DNA of 36,864 nucleotides, from assembly GCA_040754655.1 (NCBI GenBank), contig JBFMCE010000037.1, forward strand, positions 1 through 36,864, in the 5' to 3' direction. Source of the DNA: Bdellovibrionota bacterium (GTDB lineage: Bacteria > Bdellovibrionota > UBA1018 > UBA923). A program made the position numbers and the translations under genes. Positions 1-8,076 of this stretch are shown here, one piece after another. Every line of letters starts with the position of its first letter. Position 1 is the first letter of the stretch. The notes below the pieces were generated by a model, which was not told the DNA's origin, ran no database searches, and saw only the letters and a list, made by a program, of their open reading frames with translations.

Positions 1-86
1 AATTTATTTATTAAGAGAAACATGCCGGTATTTCTTTGAAGAATCAGAAGTTTGGTATGGCCAATCATGCCGAATTGTCGAAAGTC

Positions 87-122
87 TTGACATTTATTAA
101 ATATGTGACTAAATAATCACAT
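87..122 (+). promoter_or_regulatory. sigma70-type promoter with overlapping palindromic operator (likely ArsR autoregulation site)
   Basis: TTGACA at 87-92, 17-nt spacer, TAAATA at 110-115, ATG at 121 with no SD. Inverted repeat ATGTGA-N8-TCACAT at 103-122 overlaps the -10 and the start codon. Confidence 0.65.
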
Positions 123-447
123 GTCAGGCAACGATGAAAACGACGGCGTTTTCAAGGCGCTCGCGGATCCGACTCGTCGGAGGATCCTTGATTACCTGAG
201 AGACCAGCCCCGCACGACAGGTGAGCTTTGTGAAAAATTTCCGAAGCTCACCAGGTTTGCGGTGATGAAGCACTTGGACGTGCTTGATGATGCGGGCCTC
301 GTTGTCGTCAGAAAGGAAGGGCGGCTGAGGTGGAATCACCTCAACGCCGTGCCCATTCAAATGATCTATGAGCGTTGGATGAGTCGTTTCGCCGCCCCGC
401 ATGCGGCGTCTCTTCTCAAACTCGCAAGAAAACTGGAGGAAAAATGA
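121..447 (+). CDS. ArsR/SmtB family transcriptional regulator
   Basis: VFKALADPTRRRIL...TTGEL...AVMKHLDVLDDAGLV...EGR winged-HTH signature; ATGA overlap with the next gene. Confidence 0.93.
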   Translation: MSGNDENDGVFKALADPTRRRILDYLRDQPRTTGELCEKFPKLTRFAVMKHLDVLDDAGLVVVRKEGRLRWNHLNAVPIQMIYERWMSRFAAPHAASLLKLARKLEEK

Positions 448-890
448 AAGAACTCAAATACGTCCATATTGTGCAAGAACATTTGATTAACGCCTCGCGA
501 GAGAAGGTCTTCAAAGCTCTTACGCAAGACACAAGTTCGTGGTGGTCGCATTCAATTGAAGAGGATTCGCAGGTTCGTTTTGAGGCAAAGCTTGGAGGCC
601 ATTTTTACGAAGAGTTTAAGCAAGGCGGAGGTTTTCTCTACGCGACGGTGATTTGGCTCAAGCCCGGCGAAGAGATCGAGCTCATGGGCCCCATGGGTTG
701 GGATGGGCCTGTTACGGGGGTATTTAGCTATACCCTTGAGGAAAAGGGCGAAGGTACGCTGGTTAAACTCGAACATAAATTCTTTGGCCCCTTGAGTGGC
801 GAGACAGAAGGAATGTATATCGAAGGGTGGCGTGAGTTGCTTGGCTCAAATCTAAAAAACTACGTCGAAGAAGGCCGCAAGGTGCGTTAG
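444..890 (+). CDS. SRPBCC/AHSA1-like domain protein
   Basis: INASREKVFKALT...WW...GTLVKLEH...GWRELL..LKNYVE pattern. ATG at 444 overlaps the ArsR stop (ATGA) and has a GGAGGA SD. ArsR-SRPBCC is a common pair. Confidence 0.88.
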   Translation: MKELKYVHIVQEHLINASREKVFKALTQDTSSWWSHSIEEDSQVRFEAKLGGHFYEEFKQGGGFLYATVIWLKPGEEIELMGPMGWDGPVTGVFSYTLEEKGEGTLVKLEHKFFGPLSGETEGMYIEGWRELLGSNLKNYVEEGRKVR

Positions 891-994
891 CCGAGGCAAT
901 GCATTCCGTCGCCACTAGTGACTGTCGAATAACAGCCTAGAGTTTCCTAAAAATGTCAGGCGCACGATTTCAAAATGCGTGATAGGAAAGACCT

Positions 995-2125
995 ATGCCG
1001 CAAAAACCCTCTGACAAAACTGAAAACCCTTCGGCCTTCAAGCACTGGATCAATAAGGCACTCTTTGAACGAATGGCGGAGTCGATTTCGGGCGTCTATG
1101 GCAAGTTTGATTCCAGGGCCTTCATTCTTCAGTCGAAGAAAATCGAACCACTTGAACTAAAGCAGCGGGTTCAATTCGTAAGCGCTCTTTTACATGAGGG
1201 CCTCCCGAAAGATTTTAGACACGCAGTCAAGATTTTGCAGAAGTCGCTTGAGGCTGGCAAATTAGATGGATTTGATCTTTGGCCTTACACCGAGTTCGTG
1301 CAGACCTACGGGTTAGAAGACTTTGACGAGTCAATGCTGGCGCTTCGCGAGTTCACGAAGGTCTTTACCTCTGAGTTCGCGGTGCGGCCGTTTCTAAAGC
1401 GCTATCCAGAGAAGACGCTTGCGCTGCTTTCAAAATGGGCGACGGATGAAAGCCGTCACGTCAGGCGCTGGGTTTCAGAAGGTACGAGACCCCGGCTGCC
1501 TTGGGGCGAGAGACTTGAGATCTTCGTCAAGCAACCGCAGCTGACTTTGCCTCTTTTAGAGAAATTGAAAAGTGATCCCGAAATTTACGTAAGGAAAAGC
1601 GTAGCCAATCATTTAAACGATATCGCGAAAGACCACCCAGATTTGGTGGTGAAGGTTTTGAAGCGCTGGCAAGCTCAAGCGAAGAACGAAGACCTGGCAA
1701 AGTTCCATTGGATTCGAAACCACGCGCTTCGTGTTCTCATTAAACAGGGATACGAGCCGGCCTTAGAGCTCATTGGGATTAATTCCAAGGCAAAGATCGG
1801 CGTACGAGGTCTTTCGTTGCGACAAGACCGTTACCGCGTGAATGACTTGATTGAATTTGAGTTCAAAGTGGTATCGCTCGAAAAAAACGAGCAAAAACTT
1901 GTTATCGATTATGTGATTCATCATGTGAAAAGCAATAAAGAGAGAACGCCTAAGGTCTTCAAGCTAAAGAATGTCATTTTGAAGCCAGGCGAAGCGTTGC
2001 GCCTGAAGAAAAAGCATTCGTTGAAACCCATCACGACACGAAGGTACTACCCGGGCAAACATCTTCTTGAGATCCAGGTCAACGGGAAAATCCTTGCGAA
2101 GAGGGAGTGGGTGCTTGAGGCATAA
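995..2125 (+). CDS. alkC: DNA alkylation repair glycosylase, AlkC type (HEAT-like repeats plus C-terminal Ig-like domain)
   Basis: FTSEFAVRPF, VRRWVSEGTRPRLPW and YVRKSVANHLNDIAKDHP motifs; beta-rich C-terminus ending ITTRRYYPGKHLLEIQVNG. Confidence 0.85.
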   Translation: MPQKPSDKTENPSAFKHWINKALFERMAESISGVYGKFDSRAFILQSKKIEPLELKQRVQFVSALLHEGLPKDFRHAVKILQKSLEAGKLDGFDLWPYTEFVQTYGLEDFDESMLALREFTKVFTSEFAVRPFLKRYPEKTLALLSKWATDESRHVRRWVSEGTRPRLPWGERLEIFVKQPQLTLPLLEKLKSDPEIYVRKSVANHLNDIAKDHPDLVVKVLKRWQAQAKNEDLAKFHWIRNHALRVLIKQGYEPALELIGINSKAKIGVRGLSLRQDRYRVNDLIEFEFKVVSLEKNEQKLVIDYVIHHVKSNKERTPKVFKLKNVILKPGEALRLKKKHSLKPITTRRYYPGKHLLEIQVNGKILAKREWVLEA

Positions 2126-2208
2126 GCCTTCAGCACGGCCCCGGAAAAATTTCGACTTTCAGCCGAATACTCTTGAGAGACTCAAGAAACTATAGGATCT
2201 CATGTAGT

Positions 2209-3246
2209 ATGAAATCCAAAATATTTCCTTTGTTCGTGAGTCTTGGTGTTTTGCTGGTCTCTTCCATCTCAGCCCAATCTCAGGCGCCTTTGCCTGATGG
2301 CCCGATGGAAAAGTTTCCATCCGTTGTTCCGGTTCCGGCTGACAATCCGATGACCCCAGAGAAAATTGAATTGGGACGGAAACTCTATTTTGACCCAAGG
2401 CTTTCAAAAGCAAGCAAAGTCTCATGCAATTCTTGCCACAATGCCATGAAGACAGGCGATGACGGTTTGCCGCGCTCACCCGGTCATGAAGGGAAGCTTG
2501 GCGGGCGCAATTCGCCCACGGTCTTCAACTCGGCTTTCAATTCGGTGCAGTTTTGGGATGGGCGAGCGCCTTCACTTGAAGAACAGGCTAAGGGACCGAT
2601 CATCAATCCTCTTGAAATGGGGATGGCTAGCCATGACGTTGTGGTGGAGTTGATCGCAAAAGTTCCGGCCTATGTGGCTGAGTTTGAGAGGGCGTTTGGT
2701 CCAGGCAAAGTCACGATCGATAAGATGGTGAAAGCAATCGCTTCTTATGAACGAACGTTGATCACGCCAAACAGTCCTTACGATCGTTTTGTGGCAGGCA
2801 ACAAGAAAGCCTTGAGCCCCTCGGCTCAGCGTGGCTGGAGGTTGGTTGCGGCGGTGGGTTGTACGACGTGTCATTTCGGTCCCATGTTCAATGGCCCTCA
2901 AATGCCGCAAGGCCAAGGGTTTTATCAAAAGTTTCCGCTAATCCCGAATGCTGCGATTGATAGGAAGTATCGATTCACCGAAGACCTCGGGCGTTACGCC
3001 GAGACCAAGAATGAAGCAGATCGCCATATGTTTCGAGTTCCTACGTGGCGGAATATCGCGATTACGGCTCCGTATTTTCACAACGGTTCGGTTGCTAAAT
3101 TAGATGAAGCCGTTCGCATCATGGCCAAGACCCAGTTGAATAAGGATCTGAAACCAAACGAAGTGAAGGATATCGTAGAGTTTTTGAAGAGCCTTACGGG
3201 ACAAGCTCCTAAACAAACAATGCCCCAATTGCCTCCTAGCGGATAA
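2209..3246 (+). CDS. Di-heme cytochrome c peroxidase
   Basis: Signal peptide from ATG 2209; two CxxCH motifs (CNSCH, CTTCH); RNSPTVFN, QFWDGRA, NPLEM, FRVPTWRNIAITAPYFHNG and IMAKTQL motifs of bacterial CcP. Confidence 0.92.
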   Translation: MKSKIFPLFVSLGVLLVSSISAQSQAPLPDGPMEKFPSVVPVPADNPMTPEKIELGRKLYFDPRLSKASKVSCNSCHNAMKTGDDGLPRSPGHEGKLGGRNSPTVFNSAFNSVQFWDGRAPSLEEQAKGPIINPLEMGMASHDVVVELIAKVPAYVAEFERAFGPGKVTIDKMVKAIASYERTLITPNSPYDRFVAGNKKALSPSAQRGWRLVAAVGCTTCHFGPMFNGPQMPQGQGFYQKFPLIPNAAIDRKYRFTEDLGRYAETKNEADRHMFRVPTWRNIAITAPYFHNGSVAKLDEAVRIMAKTQLNKDLKPNEVKDIVEFLKSLTGQAPKQTMPQLPPSG

Positions 3247-3263
3247 TGGGGCCACCGGGGTTG

Positions 3264-3291
3264 CTGACAAATCCTAACAAAAACCAAACAA
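3264..3291 (+). promoter_or_regulatory. Tandem direct repeats, candidate PhoB/PhoP-type box upstream of the porin
   Basis: CTGACAA (3264), CTAACAA (3274), CAAACAA (3285) at 10-11 bp period. Confidence 0.35.
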
Positions 3292-3357
3292 CTCGTTAGT
3301 CCGTTTCCGCGATAAAAATAAGAGAGAAGAGAATTCATTCCATAGACTGGAGGCGGT

Positions 3358-4545
3358 ATGCTTAAGAAGGTTTTTCTAGGGATCTTTGCGCTTCTTTCAA
3401 TTCTTTCGCTTGAAGCTCTTTCCCGGGACGCACCGATCGAGCCGAAACCAAAAACCTGGTATGAACGGTTGAGCTTTCGGGGTTATGCACAGCTTCGCTA
3501 CAACCGCATCGGGAATTCAGACCGTTCCTTGCAGAGCGATCAAGACAGATCGATCGGTGACAATAGCTCGTTCTTCTTGCGTCGGGCCCGGCTTATCCTG
3601 AGTGGCGATGTGCACGACCATCTTTTCATCTATCTTCAACCCGATTTCGCGGCGAGCGTCTCTGGTGGGGGCGTGAGCGATGCCAATCATTTTGCCCAGC
3701 TACGTGACCTGTACGCCGATATCGCAATTGATCCAGAGAAGGAGTTCAGATTTCGAGCCGGGCAATCCAAGGTCCCGTATGGTTTTGAAAACCTCCAGTC
3801 TAGCCAAAATCGCGTTCCTCTTGATCGCGCGGATGCACTGAACTCCGGCGTTCCAAACGAACGTGATATTGGGGTTTTCTTTTACTGGGCGCCGGCGGAA
3901 GCTCGGGCTCGTTTCAAGCACCTGGTGGATAGCGGCCTTAAGGGTTCGGGTGACTATGGCGTCTTAGGAGCGGGTGTCTACAACGGACAAACTGTAAACC
4001 GAAGTGAGTTGAACAATAACCGTCACTTCGTGGCGAGAGCCACTTATCCGTGGGAGCTAGCAGAGGGCGGCCAAATCATCGAGACCGGTCTTCAAGGTTA
4101 TTCAGGTCAATTTGTTCCGACGAAGTCAGGCAATGTGCAAGGACCGAGAGGCTTCGAAGACTGGCGCGTTGGAGCAAGCCTAGTGGTTTATCCTCAGCCT
4201 TTGGGGTTTCAAGCAGAGTACAATCTCGGAAGAGGTCCGCAATTGAATGCCGAGCAAACTGCCGTTGGTGATGCTCCTCTGCGTGGTGGATACGCGATGG
4301 TGATGTATCGGTTTGGGTCGTTGATCCCGTTCACGAGGTGGCAGTACTACAAAGGCGGGCGCAAAGGAGCCACCAATGCTCCTGCGGCCAAGATCCAGGA
4401 ACTTGAATTTGGTATTGAATGGCAGGCCTATAAGTTCGTAGAGCTCACCGCGATGTACACATTCACGGATCGAACCACGACGACTAGCCCATTTAAGAAT
4501 GTGAAAGACGATCTCGCGCGACTGCAGCTGCAAGTGAGCTTTTAA
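3358..4545 (+). CDS. Phosphate-selective porin OprO/OprP family
   Basis: GGAGG SD; signal peptide; FFLRRARL, LRDLYAD, GQSKVPYGFENLQSS and RDIG motifs; C-terminal LQLQVSF beta-signal. Confidence 0.85.
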   Translation: MLKKVFLGIFALLSILSLEALSRDAPIEPKPKTWYERLSFRGYAQLRYNRIGNSDRSLQSDQDRSIGDNSSFFLRRARLILSGDVHDHLFIYLQPDFAASVSGGGVSDANHFAQLRDLYADIAIDPEKEFRFRAGQSKVPYGFENLQSSQNRVPLDRADALNSGVPNERDIGVFFYWAPAEARARFKHLVDSGLKGSGDYGVLGAGVYNGQTVNRSELNNNRHFVARATYPWELAEGGQIIETGLQGYSGQFVPTKSGNVQGPRGFEDWRVGASLVVYPQPLGFQAEYNLGRGPQLNAEQTAVGDAPLRGGYAMVMYRFGSLIPFTRWQYYKGGRKGATNAPAAKIQELEFGIEWQAYKFVELTAMYTFTDRTTTTSPFKNVKDDLARLQLQVSF

Positions 4546-4617
4546 GAACGGTCGAAGCAGGAAATAAATTGCGAGACTAGGCGTTTAACTTCGCCCGCCA
4601 CCCTGCGTACGTTGTTT

Positions 4618-7509
4618 TCACCTCAACAATTCGAGCAGATCTTCTTTCGTCAGATGCGGCCCACTCGCCGCATCTTCAAGGAGAGACTTGGCCAGTTCAA
4701 GCTTTGATTTCTGAAGAGCCAGGATTTTTTCTTCAACGGTGCCTTGCGCGATCAATCGGTGAACGATCACGGGGTTTCTTTGCCCGATGCGATGGGCTCG
4801 GTCAGCCGCTTGGTTTTCGACCGCTGGGTTCCACCACGGGTCGAGCAAGAACACATGGTCCGCGGCCGTGAGGTTCAAGCCCACACCCCCTGCTTTCAGC
4901 GATAAGAGCATGATATCCGGGCCACCCTCCTTTTGGAACTCTTGAACGATTTCTTGGCGATTGGGGGTGCCGCCATCCAATCGATTGAAAGTGATCTGAG
5001 CCGCCTTGAGCTGCGGCTCGATGAGATCGAGGTATGACGTCCATTGCGAAAACACCAAGGCGCGATGACCGAGAGCAATCGATTCCTGCAACGTATCAAC
5101 CAGCAATTCCGTCTTCGCTGAAAATCGGGCATCTTGCCCGGGTACAAGTGACGGGTGACAGCAGGCCTGGCGCAACCGCAGCAGGGCCTCGAGTAGTTGC
5201 ATCACCGAGGATCCCATCCCGATTTTTTCGGCCACCTGGCTTCTCGTGGCAGCCAGAATTGAGTCGTAAAGAGTTCTTTCTTCGAGACTCAATTCAGCGT
5301 GCAAGGTGACGTCGGTGCGTGGCGGAAGTTCGGGAGCGACTTGTTGTTTGAGCCTTCTGAGCAAGAAAGGCTTGATGCGTTTTCGCACAAGGGATGGATT
5401 TTTGTTCGCGGCTTCAACGAAGCGCTCGCGAGAGCCCAATAAACCCGGATTGAGAAATTGAAATTGGCTCCAGAGGTCTTCAAGCCTATTCTCAACGGGC
5501 GTGCCCGTGAGGGCGATTTTAAAATCCGCTTGAAGCGAGTGCGCGGCTTGAGCGACTTGGCTCTCGGGATTCTTGATCGTCTGGGCCTCATCAAGAACGA
5601 TGGTCTGCCAGGGTTGGCTGTTCAATCGTTCCCTATCAAGCCTTAAGATCGAATAAGTTGTGAGGATAAGTTCAGCGTCGTTTCCTAAAGTCCGCCTGTC
5701 ACCGTGATAGACCGAATACTTCGTGCCAGGTCGAAATTGATCGATCTGTTCCGCCCAAGAATGCAAGACGCTCGTGGGAGCAATGATCAGGCTGCGGCCT
5801 TTCAGAGCGCAGAGGGTTTGCAAGGTTTTACCAAGGCCCATGTCATCGGCAAGAAGGGCGCCCATGCCATTTTCACGAAGAAAACAAAGCCAGTTTACAC
5901 CAAGGCGCTGATAGCCCCTGAGATCAGCTTTGAGGTCGCTGGGCAAATCCGCTTGGGCGATTCCTTCAAAGTGTTCAAGCGATCTTCTCAATCGTTCAAC
6001 AGAGAACGGAAGTCTTGCGCCGAGGTCTTCAGCAGCATCGGCCAGGGCTGGCAAGTAGTGAGACGGCAGTTTTCCATCTTGCCTTCTTGAACTCAAAAGA
6101 GCTTCAAGCATGGGGCCATGCTTTTCAAGCCACTCATTGGGCAAGGCCGCAAAACCCCCTCCGAGAAGAGAGGCATATTTTTCACCTTCACGCCATGCTT
6201 GAAAGACCGCGCTTGATTCAGCGCTTTCCTGGCCGGCCGTGAATCCCACCGAAAAGCGGCCGTCGTCATTCAGTTCGATCCAGGGCGAAAGAGTACCCTT
6301 GCTTTCAAATGTTTTGACAGAGGCGCCTTCGGTTTCCCAACCTGCGAGAGCCGATCGAAAGTCAATTGCATTGGCGCCGTTGAATTTCGCGGGTTGCCGC
6401 AAGGTCAAATGCAGTTCACCTTGAAGCCGCCTTAAGAGCTTCTGTTCAGCGTCTCGGTCGCGCTGAGGCAATTCGTCGCGTCCTTCCAAGACTTGAATTT
6501 GATCGCCGTAAACTTCTGCGGCCGCGGGAGCGCCGTAGACGAGTTTCGCCGTTGCAACCAGAGTTTGTTGCTCGAGCTGTTCCAGGCGGATGACGATTCG
6601 CGGTCGAAGCGCGGGATTCAGTTTAGGGAATGATTTTGCAAGTATCTTGACCGAGCATGCTTTTTCAAGCCTCGGAAGGGTTTCCGAAACAAAGCGCGGT
6701 AAATCTCGATGCGAGACGTATTGCGAGTCGAGCGCCGTTTCCGGCACCGGGTGCAAGACGCCTTCGCAGAGGGCGGCGCCATTCGAAAAAGATTCGGTGA
6801 TGCCCGCGGCCGGAAAAAAGTTGAGCCTGTAGCCATTTTCTTCGTTGGTGATTTCCAAGGTAGGAGTCAAAGGGATGCTCGAAACGCGAATCTCTTGGTC
6901 GTCGATCCGAATATTCGCGCAGTCCTTGAGCACCGTGAAAAGGCGATGCAAAAGAGGAGTCTCAAAAACACCGCGTTTTTTCGTGGTAAGCAAACCGTCC
7001 ACGGCAAAGTCTTCTTTTGAAGTTACGATTGAGCTCGACTGAATTCGACCTGATCCCACTCCTCCTACGAGAGAGATCAATGAGCCTTGCAAAAGCTCTT
7101 CTTCCTTTGGCCGAACAATGTAGCGATCAAATGAAAGGGCGCCATCTGACCTCGTGAACCGGTAGAGAACGAACGGAGCGAGGGAGTGCGACGGGTTTTC
7201 CTTGTCTCTTGAGACGAGTTGCCCGTTCTTGACTGCGACAACGGCCGCTGCTGCATGCGAACAGACTTCATGCTTTTCGCCGCAGTCGCAAAACCAATCA
7301 TCCTCCGTGGGCCACAATTGAACCCTAGGGCTTGTCGGACGGTCTTTGGCTTGAACACGAACAGTGAGCTCGTCAGCTGATTCTGATTCTTTGATCACCT
7401 GGCCTGCGCGCGCGAGCGCGACTCCCTTCGACCAAAGCCCAGGCAGGCAGGCTTCATGAATCGTTTCGTACAGAGCTTCTATCGGCAAAGGCATGCTTTG
7501 TCTTAGCAT
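4618..7509 (-). CDS. SWIM zinc finger plus SNF2-family (SF2) helicase/translocase
   Basis: SWIM-like CDC...CSH near the N-terminus; LADDMGLGKT, LDEAQ, ALTGTPVEN, LVFSQW, GGVGLNL and QAADRAHRIGQ motifs. Start is probably ATG 7509 or 7494, since the longer ORF overlaps DUF488. Confidence 0.93.
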   Translation of the reverse strand: MLRQSMPLPIEALYETIHEACLPGLWSKGVALARAGQVIKESESADELTVRVQAKDRPTSPRVQLWPTEDDWFCDCGEKHEVCSHAAAAVVAVKNGQLVSRDKENPSHSLAPFVLYRFTRSDGALSFDRYIVRPKEEELLQGSLISLVGGVGSGRIQSSSIVTSKEDFAVDGLLTTKKRGVFETPLLHRLFTVLKDCANIRIDDQEIRVSSIPLTPTLEITNEENGYRLNFFPAAGITESFSNGAALCEGVLHPVPETALDSQYVSHRDLPRFVSETLPRLEKACSVKILAKSFPKLNPALRPRIVIRLEQLEQQTLVATAKLVYGAPAAAEVYGDQIQVLEGRDELPQRDRDAEQKLLRRLQGELHLTLRQPAKFNGANAIDFRSALAGWETEGASVKTFESKGTLSPWIELNDDGRFSVGFTAGQESAESSAVFQAWREGEKYASLLGGGFAALPNEWLEKHGPMLEALLSSRRQDGKLPSHYLPALADAAEDLGARLPFSVERLRRSLEHFEGIAQADLPSDLKADLRGYQRLGVNWLCFLRENGMGALLADDMGLGKTLQTLCALKGRSLIIAPTSVLHSWAEQIDQFRPGTKYSVYHGDRRTLGNDAELILTTYSILRLDRERLNSQPWQTIVLDEAQTIKNPESQVAQAAHSLQADFKIALTGTPVENRLEDLWSQFQFLNPGLLGSRERFVEAANKNPSLVRKRIKPFLLRRLKQQVAPELPPRTDVTLHAELSLEERTLYDSILAATRSQVAEKIGMGSSVMQLLEALLRLRQACCHPSLVPGQDARFSAKTELLVDTLQESIALGHRALVFSQWTSYLDLIEPQLKAAQITFNRLDGGTPNRQEIVQEFQKEGGPDIMLLSLKAGGVGLNLTAADHVFLLDPWWNPAVENQAADRAHRIGQRNPVIVHRLIAQGTVEEKILALQKSKLELAKSLLEDAASGPHLTKEDLLELLR

Positions 7510-7556
7510 GGTCAAACAAAGAGCGCTTCGCAAACCCACGGGCCTTTGCTGTTTTC

Positions 7557-7997
7557 TCAGGCTTCTTCTAGCCTTTTGACGAAGTTTCGGTATGGGAAGC
7601 GAGGGGTCTCTGTTTCGACGTGAAAGTAATGGCGGGCCAAAATCAAAAGAAGGTCGCGGTGGCACAGCTCTCCAGGCCCGCACTGGCAGACCAGGTAAAC
7701 GTCTTCAACCTGGCTTTTTTGGCTTAAGCCCTTGAGCTCTTCAAGCCCCTCGTCAGAAAGATCGAACTTACTTTCATAATTTGCGATGCGAAACGCGGCA
7801 TTATGGTTGCCAAGGTTGGTTTTTAAGGAATTGAATTCAGTAAAGAGTTCTTCTGATGGGGCAAGCTTAGCGGAATAACTGTCACGCAATTCCTTCTTGA
7901 GATACCGGGGGTAATGACGCATGCAAATGACAATGAACCCGTTTGCACGCGTGACTTTCTTCTTTAGAAGGTCTTGGGCCGAGCACTGTTTGAGCAT
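7557..7997 (-). CDS. DUF488 family protein
   Basis: MRHYPR, LAPSEEL and VYLVCQC...CHRDLL motifs. Confidence 0.75.
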   Translation of the reverse strand: MLKQCSAQDLLKKKVTRANGFIVICMRHYPRYLKKELRDSYSAKLAPSEELFTEFNSLKTNLGNHNAAFRIANYESKFDLSDEGLEELKGLSQKSQVEDVYLVCQCGPGELCHRDLLLILARHYFHVETETPRFPYRNFVKRLEEA

Positions 7998-8076
7998 TTA
8001 GACCAGACAGAATGATCTATTCCCTAAAATATTGCAACCCTCCCTAGAATCCTTGGAACCCTGCCTCAAGGATCGT

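Noticed and set aside
2209..3246. MauG/MbnH-type specialised peroxidase working with the adjacent porin
   Set aside because: Motifs fit a canonical CcP (GH after heme 1, FWDG, C-terminal IM..TQL), and the porin appears to have its own upstream regulatory region.
7510..7683. 58-aa N-terminal extension of the SNF2 ORF
   Set aside because: It overlaps DUF488 on the same strand in another frame and is R/P-rich without domain character; ATG 7509 or 7494 is more plausible.
8049..8073. ATCCTTG-N11-CAAGGAT inverted repeat after tex as a terminator
   Set aside because: Large loop and no T-tract on the minus strand; not supportable as an intrinsic terminator.
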